Shown here piece after piece: positions 36,101 through 49,923 of a DNA stretch of 64,000 nt (position 1 is the stretch's first letter; each line of letters begins with the position of its first letter). Location of the stretch: the NCBI GenBank assembly GCA_030248215.1, contig JASANG010000440.1, positions 124,001 through 188,000 on the forward strand. The letters are read 5' to 3'. A program made the translations under genes and the position numbers. Origin of the DNA: Enoplolaimus lenunculus (lineage: Eukaryota). Under the pieces are notes generated by a model. That model searched no databases and had not been told where the DNA came from. It was given only the letters and a program-made list of their open reading frames with translations.

Positions 36101-39100
36101 GCTATTTTTTCCGTTCAAAACACCAACGAATTGCCTTGATGCTTGCAAACTGGGGCAGCCAATATCAACGAGACGACCAATCAGGTTTAAAGTAGGTAAC
36201 CTGGTGTACGTATATTATGGTGCAATTGGCCCGTTAAAAAACCAAACCAAGCATTATGAGTTATAAACCAATCAGCTAAGCATTTGGCAACATAGCGACA
36301 GTTACAAGCCAACAAAGACCGTTAAGGATTGCGCTATATTTTTCAGTGCATCGTTCGCCAAAGTGTGTGTCACCAGAAAATATCATGCCCCACTACGCCG
36401 TCACCGAGTGTTTCATAATTTATTTTTTTCGACAATGCGCGCGGCGCCAGTCAAAAATATTTTGTTTACAAATTTTTATGCAGTAGCATGCGGCAATTCA
36501 CCAGCATTGCCGTATGATGACGGACAGCAGTAAATACTTAAAACAAAAAGTCACCAACCTAAAGCCCTATTAACACGTGCAAGTTTTTTCAGCGAGAACT
36601 TGAAGCTGCAATTTATACTTGCAAGTTTTGTCCAAAATCCCGTTCGTAAAACTTGCAGCTGCAAAAATAATTCATTAAAAATCATAGCTAGGAATTAAGT
36701 ACACATGTGGAATAACCATGCAAGTTCACTTACCTTATTGCAGCCGCTTTTTCATTGGCTGATGAAAAAATGCATATGTTGCGTGCAATTTGCCGCTACA
36801 AGTTCTCGCAGCAAAAACTTGCACGTGTGAATAGGGCTTAACTCGTCGAAACACGGCCGTAATTGCTTCAAACTGAACAAGTTAGGGTCATCACAATGGT
36901 CCCTGGATAAAAAACGACGTTCGGGATCGAGCGTCCAAAGACAATCAAAATGTCCCCAATCTATGCGATTCGCTCCTCAAGGTCAAATCTGATTGCGATT
37001 GTAGTCTTACTTGGTGTGTACAATTTCTAACTCAGTTTCTTCCAACATATGCTTCAGGATTGTCTTCGTTTCATCAGCCATGATGATATAATAAAAACAA
37101 AAACACAAAAACACCAACAAACATAACCAATATCATCTGTGCGGGGTGCACTGCTACTTGCTAAACATAAGAAAACATGCAAAATCAATAAATACAAATC
37201 TAACAAAATAAAAAGAGTGCAAACAAAATAGCATCAAAAACATCCCAAAATACATTACAGTCTTTTACTTTTGACATTAGTTCCGTCAACTGAAACAGAT
37301 AACCAATACAACACGTCATACAACGCTATAAATATTAATAATACGACACAAGGACAATTATTGCCTTACTCAATTCAAAGGCAAAACGATAAACATTTTT
37401 GGGCCAATGCAATAATGGAATCACAAAAATGAGAATAATTATTGCAGGCAGGCCAAATGGCATGACCGCCAGCCAGAGGCGTAACCAGAATTTCATTTCG
37501 GGATGGTATAATCTGATGTAAAAGTTTGCTCTTCTGAGGCAATGTATCAAGCAACAAAATTGTTTATGATTTTTGAAATTCATAAAGTTATTCTGAAAAG
37601 CATGTTAAAATGCATTTGTCCTGTTTTTCTTATCGCTCGAAACCTTATTCACGTATAAATATATCACCCAGCCCATTGTATACGTCTCTGTTCACAGCAG
37701 GCCGAAATGAAATTTATATCAAGTTTCGGTAACCCAAGTATTACAGCAATGTTTTGCACATTTTTTCGTTCTCATCGCAAATTACACAAAATATGCAAAA
37801 ATCCTAAATTTCGGTAAAAAACAGAGACAAAAATGTTTACGATTGGATCGCGCGATTGCTAAAATAATAAAAACGAAAGCATAAATTGCGTATTTCGTGA
37901 TGCCGCCGGATATCAGAAGTCAAAACCGATACCAGATATCCGGTTGCAGTCTGCGTCTGGCAGATACACGTGAAATAAATTTGAAAAATTATCATTATTT
38001 TTAATTTTTAGTTGACATATAAACGATTTGAAACTTACATACGCGACTACGAATACAGATCAAACTTTAATTTTATACGGATGTTGGACAAAACTCAAAC
38101 GTACTACACTGTACACGATACCGTATAGTAACTATGCTGCAATATAACCAACACCATCCTACTTTGAATAAAAATAATTACAGTGACGCTATGCTTAACG
38201 TACGACGCCATCGGGCACCGTAAGTCGAAATATTTTTGTTTACAAATTATTATGCAGCATCATGCGGCATTTCACATGCTTTGCCGTAGAACGGTGACGG
38301 ACGGCATAAACAGCCAAAAGTACTGTGTCACTTTTTACTGTTGAACTGTTGCGCTGATATTCAATAATGTCGTGAGCCAATCTGTTATATTATATTTTAA
38401 GTATACAGCAGTTCAGCCTCGGCCAAATAGTAATTTATAGATTTTTCAAATACAATAGAGTGAAACCGACTTTAATTGGTTGTGATTAGTGCATATAATT
38501 GTATAATCAAAAGTAATGTAGTGTTCAAAAAAAGTGGACTAAAATATTACATTTTGTTATTTTAACGGCAAAAACACAGAACAAACTATGTGTGTAATTT
38601 GCAGATTTGGAATGAAAACAACAAAAAACAACACTTTTAATTCCTAGTCAAATATCGGACACCGATATATGCTACCAAGAGTGGATGATCACTCTTATTG
38701 TGTGGTTCAAGCGGTGACTACCGCTGAAATAAACGGGTGGGCGGCCAAAAACACAACCTACGCTTATAAATTTCATACCATGCACAACGGAATTAGTTGC
38801 ATATTCTTATCTGTCGAGTCATCATCCACATACAGTTGGTACTAGTAATTATTTAGCTTGTCAAAAACAAACGACATTATTCTAGTAACCAACGGACAGC
38901 CAAGTAATTTCAAGAAACATCGCAACTCGTAACAAAACAACCGACGCATCTACGATAAGCAAGTTTAATTTTTGTCACACAGCTGAAAAATTAAGTACAA
39001 CATTGCCTTACAAATTTGAAAATCATGTATATGGTACACCGTCCGCCAATACAACACAGTAAAAATAAATTTTAACAATACAAAACGTACTTTATGTAGA

Positions 39101-42100
39101 TCGCTCGCTTCAGAAGTTACTGATTCACCGTATTCCTTTATTGCAAAAGCTTGAATTATTCTTAAATAAAACAATTGAACATTTTCATTGTTCATATGAT
39201 CGATGCGCATATCGCCAAAACCAATGATTGTGAGATATTAGCTACGTAATTTTTCATTCATTATAAATCACTCTTAAACGTTACACACACAAGCAACACC
39301 ATTTTTAAGTTTTGAATAAATTCCGGGCGAACCCTACTTTGTATATTGATATCATATATACAGTTGTAGCTCAAATACTTACAAACACCATAATACCTCA
39401 GTCCTTGCAAACAGAACCAAGTGTCTGATAGTCGTATTGCATAAGCAAAACATTTAATCTTCAAATTGGTTACTGTAGATCTGTGTGCGATTTCTTAAAT
39501 TACTCACATTTGGCCATATCTTGATTACTTCAAAAAGTCTCAATAAATTTAACTACAAAAAAGTTAACAAAACCAAAAAAAAAGAAACGCCGTTTTTTGG
39601 TAAATCTTGAAATTAACATTAAAAACAAACTTATAAAATTATCTTTAAAGTTACGTACCTTGTTTTGTTTTGCAATTCATCCATCAACTGACTGACGTGT
39701 TCGTCCATAAATTCAATGCGATCATTGCGTCGCGCAATCATTCGCTGCAATTTCACTATTTTCTCAATCATCGCTTGATTATGTTCGCAACAGTTGTTAT
39801 TGCTGTTCGTCTGAAATAATAATAATAATAATATAGTATTTATGTACTGTAATTGTTACTGCACTGCAGCAGTATTATCTAAGGTGTGGCCATACCTAAT
39901 ATGTCCCTCTAAGGAAAAATCCACAGCCTGAGATGCATTCAATACACAATTTACCTAGCTTGCTTTCGCTAAGTGTATATGATTAGCCAGCCTTCCCTAG
40001 TGGCGTACCACAAGAAACAGTTTAAAGCACATTCCAAATCAAAAACTCAACCTACAATACCTACATATTGCATCCTCACCTGCTGGGATCCATTTTTATC
40101 GTCCGACTGTGCCGATGCAAAGCCTATATTGTGTTCGACTTTGCCTCCATTGTCTGTATAACGAGATAACTGCTGTGGCTGCTGCTGTTGATGTTGTTTA
40201 TTTCCTACCGAATTTGTAACGCTCGAACCTTCGGCCCCATTACGTTTCTCTGACATTTCAATGGAAGTCGCCGAAGACCTTCTCGACCCAGATTTAGCTC
40301 CGGTTCCGGCAATTTTTGACGACGAATGATTAGCGGAACCGGAAAGGAATGTTCCCGGATGTAAATCGTCACTATCGCCACCAACAGATCCGGCTGAACA
40401 ATGCGATGCAGTGCCTGCGTCATACGATTCCAATTTTTTCTTCAACCACGACAATTCTGATTTGAGTTCCTAAAAATTTACCAAAAAATGGACACATTGA
40501 AAAATGGAGTTGCAACATTTTAAAAGTAATAAACATTATTTGGATTCGGCTATTTCACAGGTAAAACTCGTACCCGGGTGTTTCGAAAAATAAAACCCCA
40601 TCCGGAGCCGAACTTGGAATTTGTCAAGGCGACAACCTATAACCGGAAATTTTTGGCGGAAGCACAAACGAAATAAAGTTACAGACAGAATAAAATAGAA
40701 CAATGTTAGCATTCCAAGACGCGACTTTGATCGCGATTGGTCATGTCTTGCATCCAATCTCTCACAAACACCATTTGAACTGCTCGCGGTTATTGCGACC
40801 ATAAATTTTTCAGTTGTTTGTAAACACTGATACAAGAGCGGTTTGGAACGCGACTGTTACCGCGCTTGCAGTCGAAACTGGTCGCGATCAAAGAAAATTC
40901 AGATTTGATAAAAACAGCGACGGTAGAAGCAATGGCCATTACTGCGCACTTAGTTCTATCTGTGACTGCAGCTGGAATACCATTACCCGGAGCAGTGACA
41001 GATCCTTAAATTGCCGACGAGTGGCGTGCATAATAATGACAAGCAATAACACAGTTGACAAGCAATAACACAGTCTTGCGGCCCGTTGTAATTATTACCT
41101 TAACGCTATTCGCGTGTTTTTTCTTTATCACTCGATTGTTATTTCGTTCTTCTTCTAATTTGACATTCAAATCTTTTTCTAAAAGTCAAAACAACGATAT
41201 TCCAGAGGCAAACGTCTAAGTCAATCCACACAAATTGTAAAAAATTACGTTAAAAATATTTACATCTTAAATTCTGCAAAAATTCATTTTATCTCGTGAC
41301 ACTTGAATCTCGGTTTTTCTAAATCAGTTGAATTTTAAGCTACGGAAAATATAACATGAAAATAAATGCACTGAATATCACGCGCCGAATTCTTCGGCGG
41401 CAGAAGTTGTAAATATTAAGCACAGTCGTCGTGATACCTACCCATGGCCATCGCATTTGTTAACTCCAGCTGGATACACGACAGCCTTTCTTCATTGCTT
41501 TTGCGTAGTTGTTCCAATTCATCGTTCTGAAATTAGAATCCCTTTTATGCAATGACAACAACCGAAATCATAAAGACAAACGTGAACTAAAACAATCATC
41601 TATTCGGTTGCGACATAATGGGCTGAATTTCGAACATTACCAATTGCTTGTTTGAATGTAATAAGACCTATCTCCGACTGATGCTAGATGCAGAACACAT
41701 TTGAGAATACGTTCTGAAATTTCCGTTACTAAGCCATTGTCTCGTACCTTGGATTTAACTGTTTCGTTTGCGGCATTCAGATCTGCGTGAATTTGCGTTA
41801 ATTCACATTCTGCAACCGACAATTTGTTGAGCAAATTTGCATTTTCCGTTTGTAATGCGCTATTTTTGTCGGTCAATTTCATTGTTAACGCGAGAAGTTC
41901 TTCCGCTTGCGCTTGACACGAAGCTGAGTCTTTTTTTGCGTCTTCGCATTCACTGCGGCAATCTTGTGCAATTTGTTCAGCATCAGTTACACGGGCTGCG
42001 ACGCTAGTAAAATGAGTTAAATGGTAATAAAATGGTTAAGCAAAAAGCAAACACTATATTTGCCATTGGCGAGTAATCGCGAGTGGTCACGGTTTTATAG

Positions 42101-45100
42101 ACATGCTAATAATGCTTAAACAAAATAACATTTTTATGTAAATCCTAGATGCAAACAGACGAAGAAAATATAACCCATGCGAACGTTTGCACATGACTGC
42201 GTTTGTCTAGAACAATCAAAGGTTCAATTCTGACCGCAGCTGTATGTATTATAACGCGATGATTTTAGACAAACACTACATTTGACACCACTAAATAAAG
42301 TAATATCTAAAACGAAAACTTGCGCTGGAAATAGGGGTTAACGCCAAGACTTGATGTAAAACAGAAAATACCAACCATTGTAAATCTTCAATTTTTTCAG
42401 TTGCCTCGGACAATTCCAGCTTTAAAGTGTCAATTTCGTTATCTCTGTGTGAAATCACATCTTGCGCTCGACTGAATGATTCTTTAGTTTTGTTGTGTTC
42501 TGACAGTTCGGCTTCAATCTTTAATAAACAATAATTAAAATATTTTAAACACAATAGAATTAGTTCCAGGGCCCGTACTCTCGGTGTGTAGCATTTGTTG
42601 CCAGTTTGTAATTGGTTCTGAGACAAGCCAACTCAGAGAGTTGTTGATCTTAAATTTGGGTCACTGCTAAGACCGATAAAATGCAAAAAGGTACCAAATT
42701 TCAAAGATCTTAGTTGACTGATTCAATATTTTTAACGCTTTTCACAACTACTGATAGGTGCAGCATAATCAATCCACTATTATACGCATAATCTCAGCTC
42801 AGCTAATTTTCAAATTAGTCATCGTAACTTTCCGTTGTGTAAACACTAGTCGGTTGACACTGATCAACAAATTTAGAGAACGGCAAATCAGTATTATCTT
42901 GCAGCCGATTAAAAATGCTTTTGCTTAGTTCTATCACAAATGTCACCTGTAAACACCGAAAGATTTTAGTTGTTCCAAAATTAAACATAAAATTTTTGCA
43001 GCACTCTGTAAAACTCCGACGAACTAGTCTTGGAAAGCATCAAAATTGAAAATAAAAAAATCACACTACTAATTAATATAACAACCAGATATATTTAGAT
43101 AAAATAGCTTCTCGTTTGTCTATATAATGTATTTGAAATAAATTCAGAACTTCAGCTCCTTAACAGCGAAACTAATCATTTTTACATAATCACAGAATCG
43201 TTAAAAAATTACAGCGACCGTGTAAAATGCCTGCGAAACAAACCTGTTTTTTGAGCTTTTCATTTTCTGAGAGCGTAACGTCGTGCTTTTTCTTCAATGC
43301 GCTCAATTCACCGAGAAGCATGCGATAAAGCTATAAAAACATATTTATACTGTTTAATGCGCTATTTACAATGCGCAAGTTTTGCAACCATAACTGCAAC
43401 GCAATTTGCACGTACTGGATGCGGAATGAAGACTTCGAGCGGATAAATTTGTTAATGGGTTTTCGATCAAAACTTGCACGTGTGAATACAATTAAAATGT
43501 AATACTGTTCCAATACTGGAAACACCATAAATAGATTTCATGTATCTTTTATAACGTGGAACAACGTACATGAGCAGATTTTTACAGGAAAAGGACACTT
43601 TGGTTGAACTCGGCCGCTAATGTGGACGTCAAACGACAATCCAGTGAATCAGACATCGAACTCGTTACACTAATCTCCACTGCCACCATAAACTGTCGCA
43701 AAAATTTGACTGCAGGTTATAAAAACAATATAAACATCAATCTTGGCGTTTATCAAAAAAGACTCACCTCTTCTTGATCAGAATATTCTTGCTTCGTTTG
43801 TAGACTTGCCATTTCACATTCCCGGAGTTTCTTTTCCAACGCATTTGATCGCAATTCTTCATTTTCCTACAAATAAGATGGCTGGCCGTCATTTTAGGAA
43901 TAGCTCTGGTTGTTATACTTTGTCATTCAGGAATTTTTTTACAATCGAACCTTCGCCCAACGTTCGTTCAGACAATTTTTTCACTCCGGTTTGCCGATGT
44001 TAAATTCCCCACTAAATACACATGCATATTGGGGCTCTACGTGGGGCTCACACTGCCAATCCCTCCGAAATTTTTTTGTGGATTGATGCCTTCCCCCGCT
44101 ATCGGTGAAATTCGCTGTAAATTCTCTTTAGAATGCAATATTCAGTGACTTCAATGCTTGTATTCTGACCTCTCCCACGCCACATTTTATGGGGGCTTTC
44201 CTGAAATTCAACCTGGAAACAGCTGAAGGTTGAGAAACAGGTTGTTTTATACGTCAAATAAGCACTCTTGCCCTAAGTGTTACTATATAATATACACTTC
44301 TAGGATCATTTAACGTCAATTGTGGAGATTAAACGGCTAAGTTTGGGCGTAAACATGGGACAGACACAAGTGTGAGGGCACTGGCTAAGTGAGTATGGCC
44401 CGCCCCTCAATGGAGAGCACAGGTGTTTCCTTCTGCCTACCTGATACTGTCGTATCATTTCTTTACAGTTCACACGAATTGTTTCCGTTTCTTCTTTCGC
44501 CTGATTTAATTTTTGACTCAACCGCTCAATTTCGCCACATTTGCCCTTTAATTCTGCTTCCAAATCAGAAACGCGTTGTGTTGCAATTTTCAAACGAACA
44601 TCCGGCTCTTGAGTCGCGGATTTAAATTGATCAACGTCGCGTTTCAGCGTTGAAATTTCATCATTCTGTAATACCACGTCACGTATACAAATTTTGGAAT
44701 TTTACACCATATTTCACACGTCGCTGATATTTAAAAATTGCTTATTATATGAATAACATAAAGGCCCACCTTGGATAAAAGCCAAACTATCGAAATCAAC
44801 ATCGAAGCTGTAGATTTTTCAAACTATAACTGTAACAAATCAGTTACTCTACAGTTGTAGTTTTGGGCCCTCACAGATGACGGCTGCAACAGTTGTATAA
44901 GAATGTTCTTATGCCTCTGCTTCAGCGTAAGGCTAAATCTATAACTAAGCCTACGCCTTAACAAAGAAATTACAGTAAAGCTTAACCTTATTCTGTTAAT
45001 CCACCAACAAATCAATTTTCACCTCGGAATATATATTGTGTCACGTTTCTTAGATAAAAATTATTTTAAAAAATAACAGTCATTTCGCAAACTTTAGTGG

Positions 45101-48100
45101 CGAGTTAAGTACCCGTTCGGCAAGCACACGCATCAAATCTTCTTTGTCATGTTTGGCAGCTCGCAGTCGTGCGTTCAATGCATCTCTTTCTATCGTCATT
45201 TCTTTCGAACGCTCAGTTGCCTTCCGTGCTTCAGTTTGAGCATCGAGAATTTCTTTTTCACGTTTCGCATAACGAATTACAGCACCATCTTTTTCACGTT
45301 GTGCAGCTTCAGTGCGATGTTTAAGCTACAAAACAACGAACAATGTACCCCGTGCAACCATCAACAGTGCATCAGAGCGAATAAAGTGACACACAATCTC
45401 ATAATATGTTATTGTTATATCACAATATGATAGCATCCCCTCTGTGATTATGGAGGTGTTATGGCAAAGTTTGTGCTCTAATCTGGTAGAGTTGCAACAT
45501 TTAAAAATAAATACCCGGACCCAGAATTTATCGGAGAAAATACCCGGAATAACCGGAGTATGATGCAATTCTATTATCTGCACGCATAAGCACTGCGATA
45601 CAGAACCAACCATAGGATAATTGATCCCAACAGACGTTCAAAATGGGACTTCGGCCGCCGATCTAATTGGCGGAGTATGGTAGCAAAAGGCCCTTGTAAT
45701 GCTATAGGACTGGCTGCTAAAACGCGCCAGCGTCACAGGCAAACCTAATATACTCTTGTAGTCACGGACAGAAATAAGCACAATCGCGACGGCGTTCCGA
45801 ACCGCGAGTGTAGAAAATTGAGATGGAACAATGGATTCGCAGCAGCAATCGCAGTAGATGCACGTTGCAATAAAACGATTAAGACACACAAATACGTAGC
45901 GATTTAGATTCAGCTCAAACCTGTTCCAGTTGTTGAGAATGTTTCAATTGTAGGTCAGCCATTGTCCGCTTAAAATGAGCCTCTTGTGCTGAACATCTAT
46001 CTCGCAAACTCTTCATTTCGTACTCGTTGTCAAGGATTTTACGCTCAAGCTGGAAGAAAGTAAACAAAAACAACTTGACAAGTTTATAGTTTCTCTGTCA
46101 GGAAGTGAAATTTGAAGATAGTTATTTAAATTTGAGAAATTTCGCACTCAAATTATGATTTTCCAGGAATTTAATTGGGCAAACTCATACATTTGCCCAC
46201 AAAAAGTATAATTTGGCAAACAAAAATGTCCAAATATTGTAAGATACAACTTCTCTACAAAAAGATACTGATGTTCTGTTTTTATTTATAACTAGGAAAT
46301 TTTGGAAAATTATAAAAAATCTTCAGCCGTTTCCCGCATGCAGTTTATAATGCACAATGAAAGCACTGTTGGACAAACAATAAATTCAAGAGTTTTAAAA
46401 CATGCCTACTAAACGTATTTTATCAAAAAGTACACACATTCTTGCTCCATAAAATGCCTTTTGCCCTCTTCGCTTTTCGCGCACCCACCGGACAATGCGC
46501 GAAAACCCTCGCCCGCCTCCAAGACCTACCCCAGTCTAGGATCAACCGAAAGAACAGCATAAGAACGACAGCGCCGTCGGGCCACCCCCGACCCCCCCAA
46601 CGCCACCCCGCAAAAGAAAAAGCAACAGCGCGGAAGACACACCCAACGACCACACCAGACCAGACGCAAACCCAGAATACCAACCAACCGACGAGCCGAT
46701 ACACCTCACAACCAAATACCCTCCCCAAACGACGCCTCTGAAATAAAAAAATGCAATGACCGAGACGCCAGACGACAAAATAAACAACCAAAAGAACCAC
46801 ACAAAACAGAAACAAGAACAAAACAAAAAAGAAAACCCACAAACACAAAGAAAACCCCAGACACAAAAAAAACAACACGCACTAAACAGACAACCCAAAC
46901 CCCACCAACACAAGACCCCAATCAACAAACAAACCCAACCCCACTAACACACACACCAACCTTCACACCACCATAAACATCAAACCAATCACCAAGACCA
47001 CATCCCAACCTCAAAACCACTACACACCCACCCTCACCCCATCCCCATACCAACCCATACACACCACACACCCAACACACAACAACCCCAAAAAATCCCC
47101 AAACCCTACCACAAAACTCACACATTAACAACATATACAAACAACCAATCAATAACCCAACACACAACACTACCACACACACACACCCACCAACAACCTC
47201 CAACCAAACACAACAACACAAAACAACAAAACACAAAAACACAAATAAAAACTACCACCCACTCAACCAAAAAACACCCACACCCACCAACCACAAACCA
47301 CACCCCCACCCAACCACACAACAAAAAACAAAAAAAACAAACAAAAAACAACCACCAAACAAAAAAACAAACAAACAACCAACAAACAAAAAAAACACCC
47401 CAAAACACAAACAAACAAAAAAAAACACAACCCCAACCCACCCAACAAACCGCGAATGAAAAACATTACCTGCTGGTTTTTACTCCTTTTCAGGCAGAAA
47501 ACTAATTCCCTTTTCACGTTCCGGTTAAACGTCAATATATTAATATAAAAGCTGGCATTTTGTGTATTCAAGTGACAAAGTTAGTTCGACTAATGTTTTT
47601 CTGCCAAAATCAAATTATGTATAGAACACGATGCTAAACATAACATATCATTATATATCGTCTTAGCACATGTACATTTTTTCATTAAGAACGAAAAAAT
47701 ACGTAAACTAAGAATAAGTGAATAAGAACGTATAACATAACTAACCTGAGCAAGTTTTCCTGAACTTTTCAACTCGAGATCATTAAGTTGAGTCTGCAAG
47801 TTGGAAACGTGCTGATTACTGATCCGTAACTTTTCTTCAAGTTCAACATTCAAAGAATCTAATCTAAAGCAAAACAAGTAGTACTGAGAAAGCCTTCAGT
47901 TACAACAATATAGATTGGGGACCAGAGTTTTAAACACTACAGAGCTTGCGAAATGTATATACAGCATTAGACTTATACTAAGTTTAAGAGCAAGCAAACA
48001 GGGTGCAACCGGAATCCCGGTTCCGGCAATTTTTGACCTTTTGTTTCCGTTCCGGTAAATTTTCACCGGAATAAAACAATCCAGTATTAAATTTTGGTTC

Positions 48101-49923
48101 GTGGAATTAAGATATTTTACTAAAACACGACGATAAAAATTAAGTAGATATCATTCGTATAGAATATAAACCTTGACAATCGCAAAAATAAATCGTCGAA
48201 GTTAAATTGCGCTTCCGTGGATTATGAAAATCTAAAAACAGCAGATATAGTTAATACCTACTCCAGCCAGGATTATTCCACCAATAATATTGCAAAAAAG
48301 AAAACTAAAACGAATTTTTCGGTGACATGTATTTTTCATTTTCCGACTCCGTTTCCGGTAATTTTTTCAAATTCCGGTTCCGATTCTGGTAAATTGCAAT
48401 TACGGTTGCACCCTGTATTTGGTTGGGTGCAAATCGGAATCGGAATTAATTTTCCATTGTTCGTAACCTGTATTGTTGCAATTATGCGAGAAAGTTGCCC
48501 GCAGTTCTGTAAAGTTTTACTGCAACCGGTGCCTATATCTGTTCTCAGCTCACATTTCAAATATACGGCATAAAAATCATACAAACATTAATAACTTAGA
48601 CTAGATTCTAAAAATATATATGTATAATCCGACAGTATTTAGACAAAAACCATTTTACCCAAGGAGAGGATCCCCTCTAGGTTTTTTGAGCCCACAAGCG
48701 AGTTCAGAGTTGCAATTCCTTGAATGCGACTCTAGCAAATTTTTCTGGGCGTACTCGCAGAGTGCTAACAAACAAGGGCGTCCGAGCAGAACAACTTTAT
48801 AATCAACTTTCGCAACAATTTTCTACAAAAAATCGAAAAAGTCATTTTTTGCAATAACCGTTCACAAAACCATGTTACTTTTTCAACCTTCAAAAACAAA
48901 TAACCTTAAAAATGGTAAAAATATGTAAACAAAACTTAGATGATTTTAATTTTTATGATCTGTTCTCTTGCGTCACGAATTCAAAAGTAATTTTTGTTAT
49001 ATATCCGCTGGTTCAATGTTAATTTTTGACTATCGGTAGTTTTCAAACCGATACAACATTGAAACCCAACGCTCAAAAACACCCTGAGCACTTTTTACGT
49101 CCAAACAGCAAAAAACGGATGATGTGTGAACTTGTTTTTAGACACCACAACAGCACTGTAGTAATTTACTCCGCACATGTCTAATTAAAAAGTCCCGTCG
49201 CACAATTTATCAGAAACCGAACACATGGCAGTACGATTATTACAGTATCATAGGCAAAATGTCGCGTGACAGGAAATGGTACGTAAATAACGAACGCATT
49301 AACAGTAACTTCGCAACATAGGAATGAAGACAAACGTCGCTTGACGTGACAATAAAAACGGAACCGTACTCCTCGGTACATAATTACGGAAAAGGTTCAC
49401 AAATTTTAAGTTCAGTGTCCTGGCCCAGGATATCCCTAATATGTATGTACGTATAAGAAAGAACTTCAAAATATACTTATGTATACCTCTCCAGCTCGTT
49501 ACACTTTGACCCATATCGCTCACACAACTCTGCAATTTTCTGGACTCTCGCGGGAACCAAGGAACCGCTGATATCTGTGCAGCTTTCGTAATTTTGTTCG
49601 CTTTCGGAATGGCTGACGGCATCACATTTCGCAATTAAATTAGTTTCTGTATCAAGACCATGTGGTGTGGTAAAACTACAACGTTGGTCAAGCGAAACAT
49701 CTGATAATTCGCAAGTGATTTCACTGCATAAAGTATCATTGTCAGCAAAAGTATTGCTATCTTTAGTATTTGTCCGGTCGCCAACATCAATACATTGATT
49801 GTTGTCGAATGTTAACTGACCAGTAGCGTTTGTGACATTTTCTTCACTTGTTGAGGAAATTACTAGGCTATCGCAAACACCGCTTTTGTTATTTAGGTCA
49901 TCATTTGCACCACTATCGCACAT
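33178..49923 (-). CDS. CCDC186: Coiled-coil domain-containing protein 186 (CCCP-1-like RAB2 effector); complete, 16 coding exons, about 912 aa
   Basis: Exons: 49923-49487, 47863-47746, 46049-45921, 45325-45113, 44665-44441, 43866-43768, 43330-43244, 42518-42376, 42003-41748, 41526-41442, 41178-41099, 40469-40080, 39810-39659, 39160-39091, 34241-34080, 33270-33178. All are GT-AG and phase-consistent; total 2739 nt. Segments I recognise as CCDC186-like: [101 protein letters not shown]. The N-terminal exon is less certain. Confidence 0.88.
34880..35238. mobile_element. TIR MITE (GGCTGGGTTTCTGAAA termini)
   Basis: 16-bp TIR; inverted relative of 15753-16544. Confidence 0.75.
36563..36838. mobile_element. 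PIF/Harbinger-type MITE, copy 2
   Basis: TAA|AGCCCTATT...AATAGGGCT|TAA; reverse-complement relative of 13756-14033. Confidence 0.78.
46445..47455. other. A/C-rich low-complexity tract (probable sequencing or consensus artefact) in CCDC186 intron 2
   Basis: G and T fade out progressively on the + strand; about 47000-47450 has essentially no G and no periodic unit. Confidence 0.7.
47999..48415. mobile_element. hAT-type MITE (CAGGGTGCAACCG termini)
   Basis: 13-bp perfect TIR CAGGGTGCAACCG / CGGTTGCACCCTG; same family as 14-390. Confidence 0.7.

Noticed and set aside
37009..37081. Independent small gene or alternative start MADETKTILKHMLEETELEIVHTK
   Set aside because: Its donor is phase 2 while the downstream CCDC186 exons are phase 0, and unspliced it stops after 24 codons. 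It is kept only as context for the alternative-exon finding.
46423..47571. Cluster of hydrophobic V/F/C/G-rich minus-strand ORFs
   Set aside because: They arise from the A/C-only tract, which lacks stop codons by composition and is probably an artefact.
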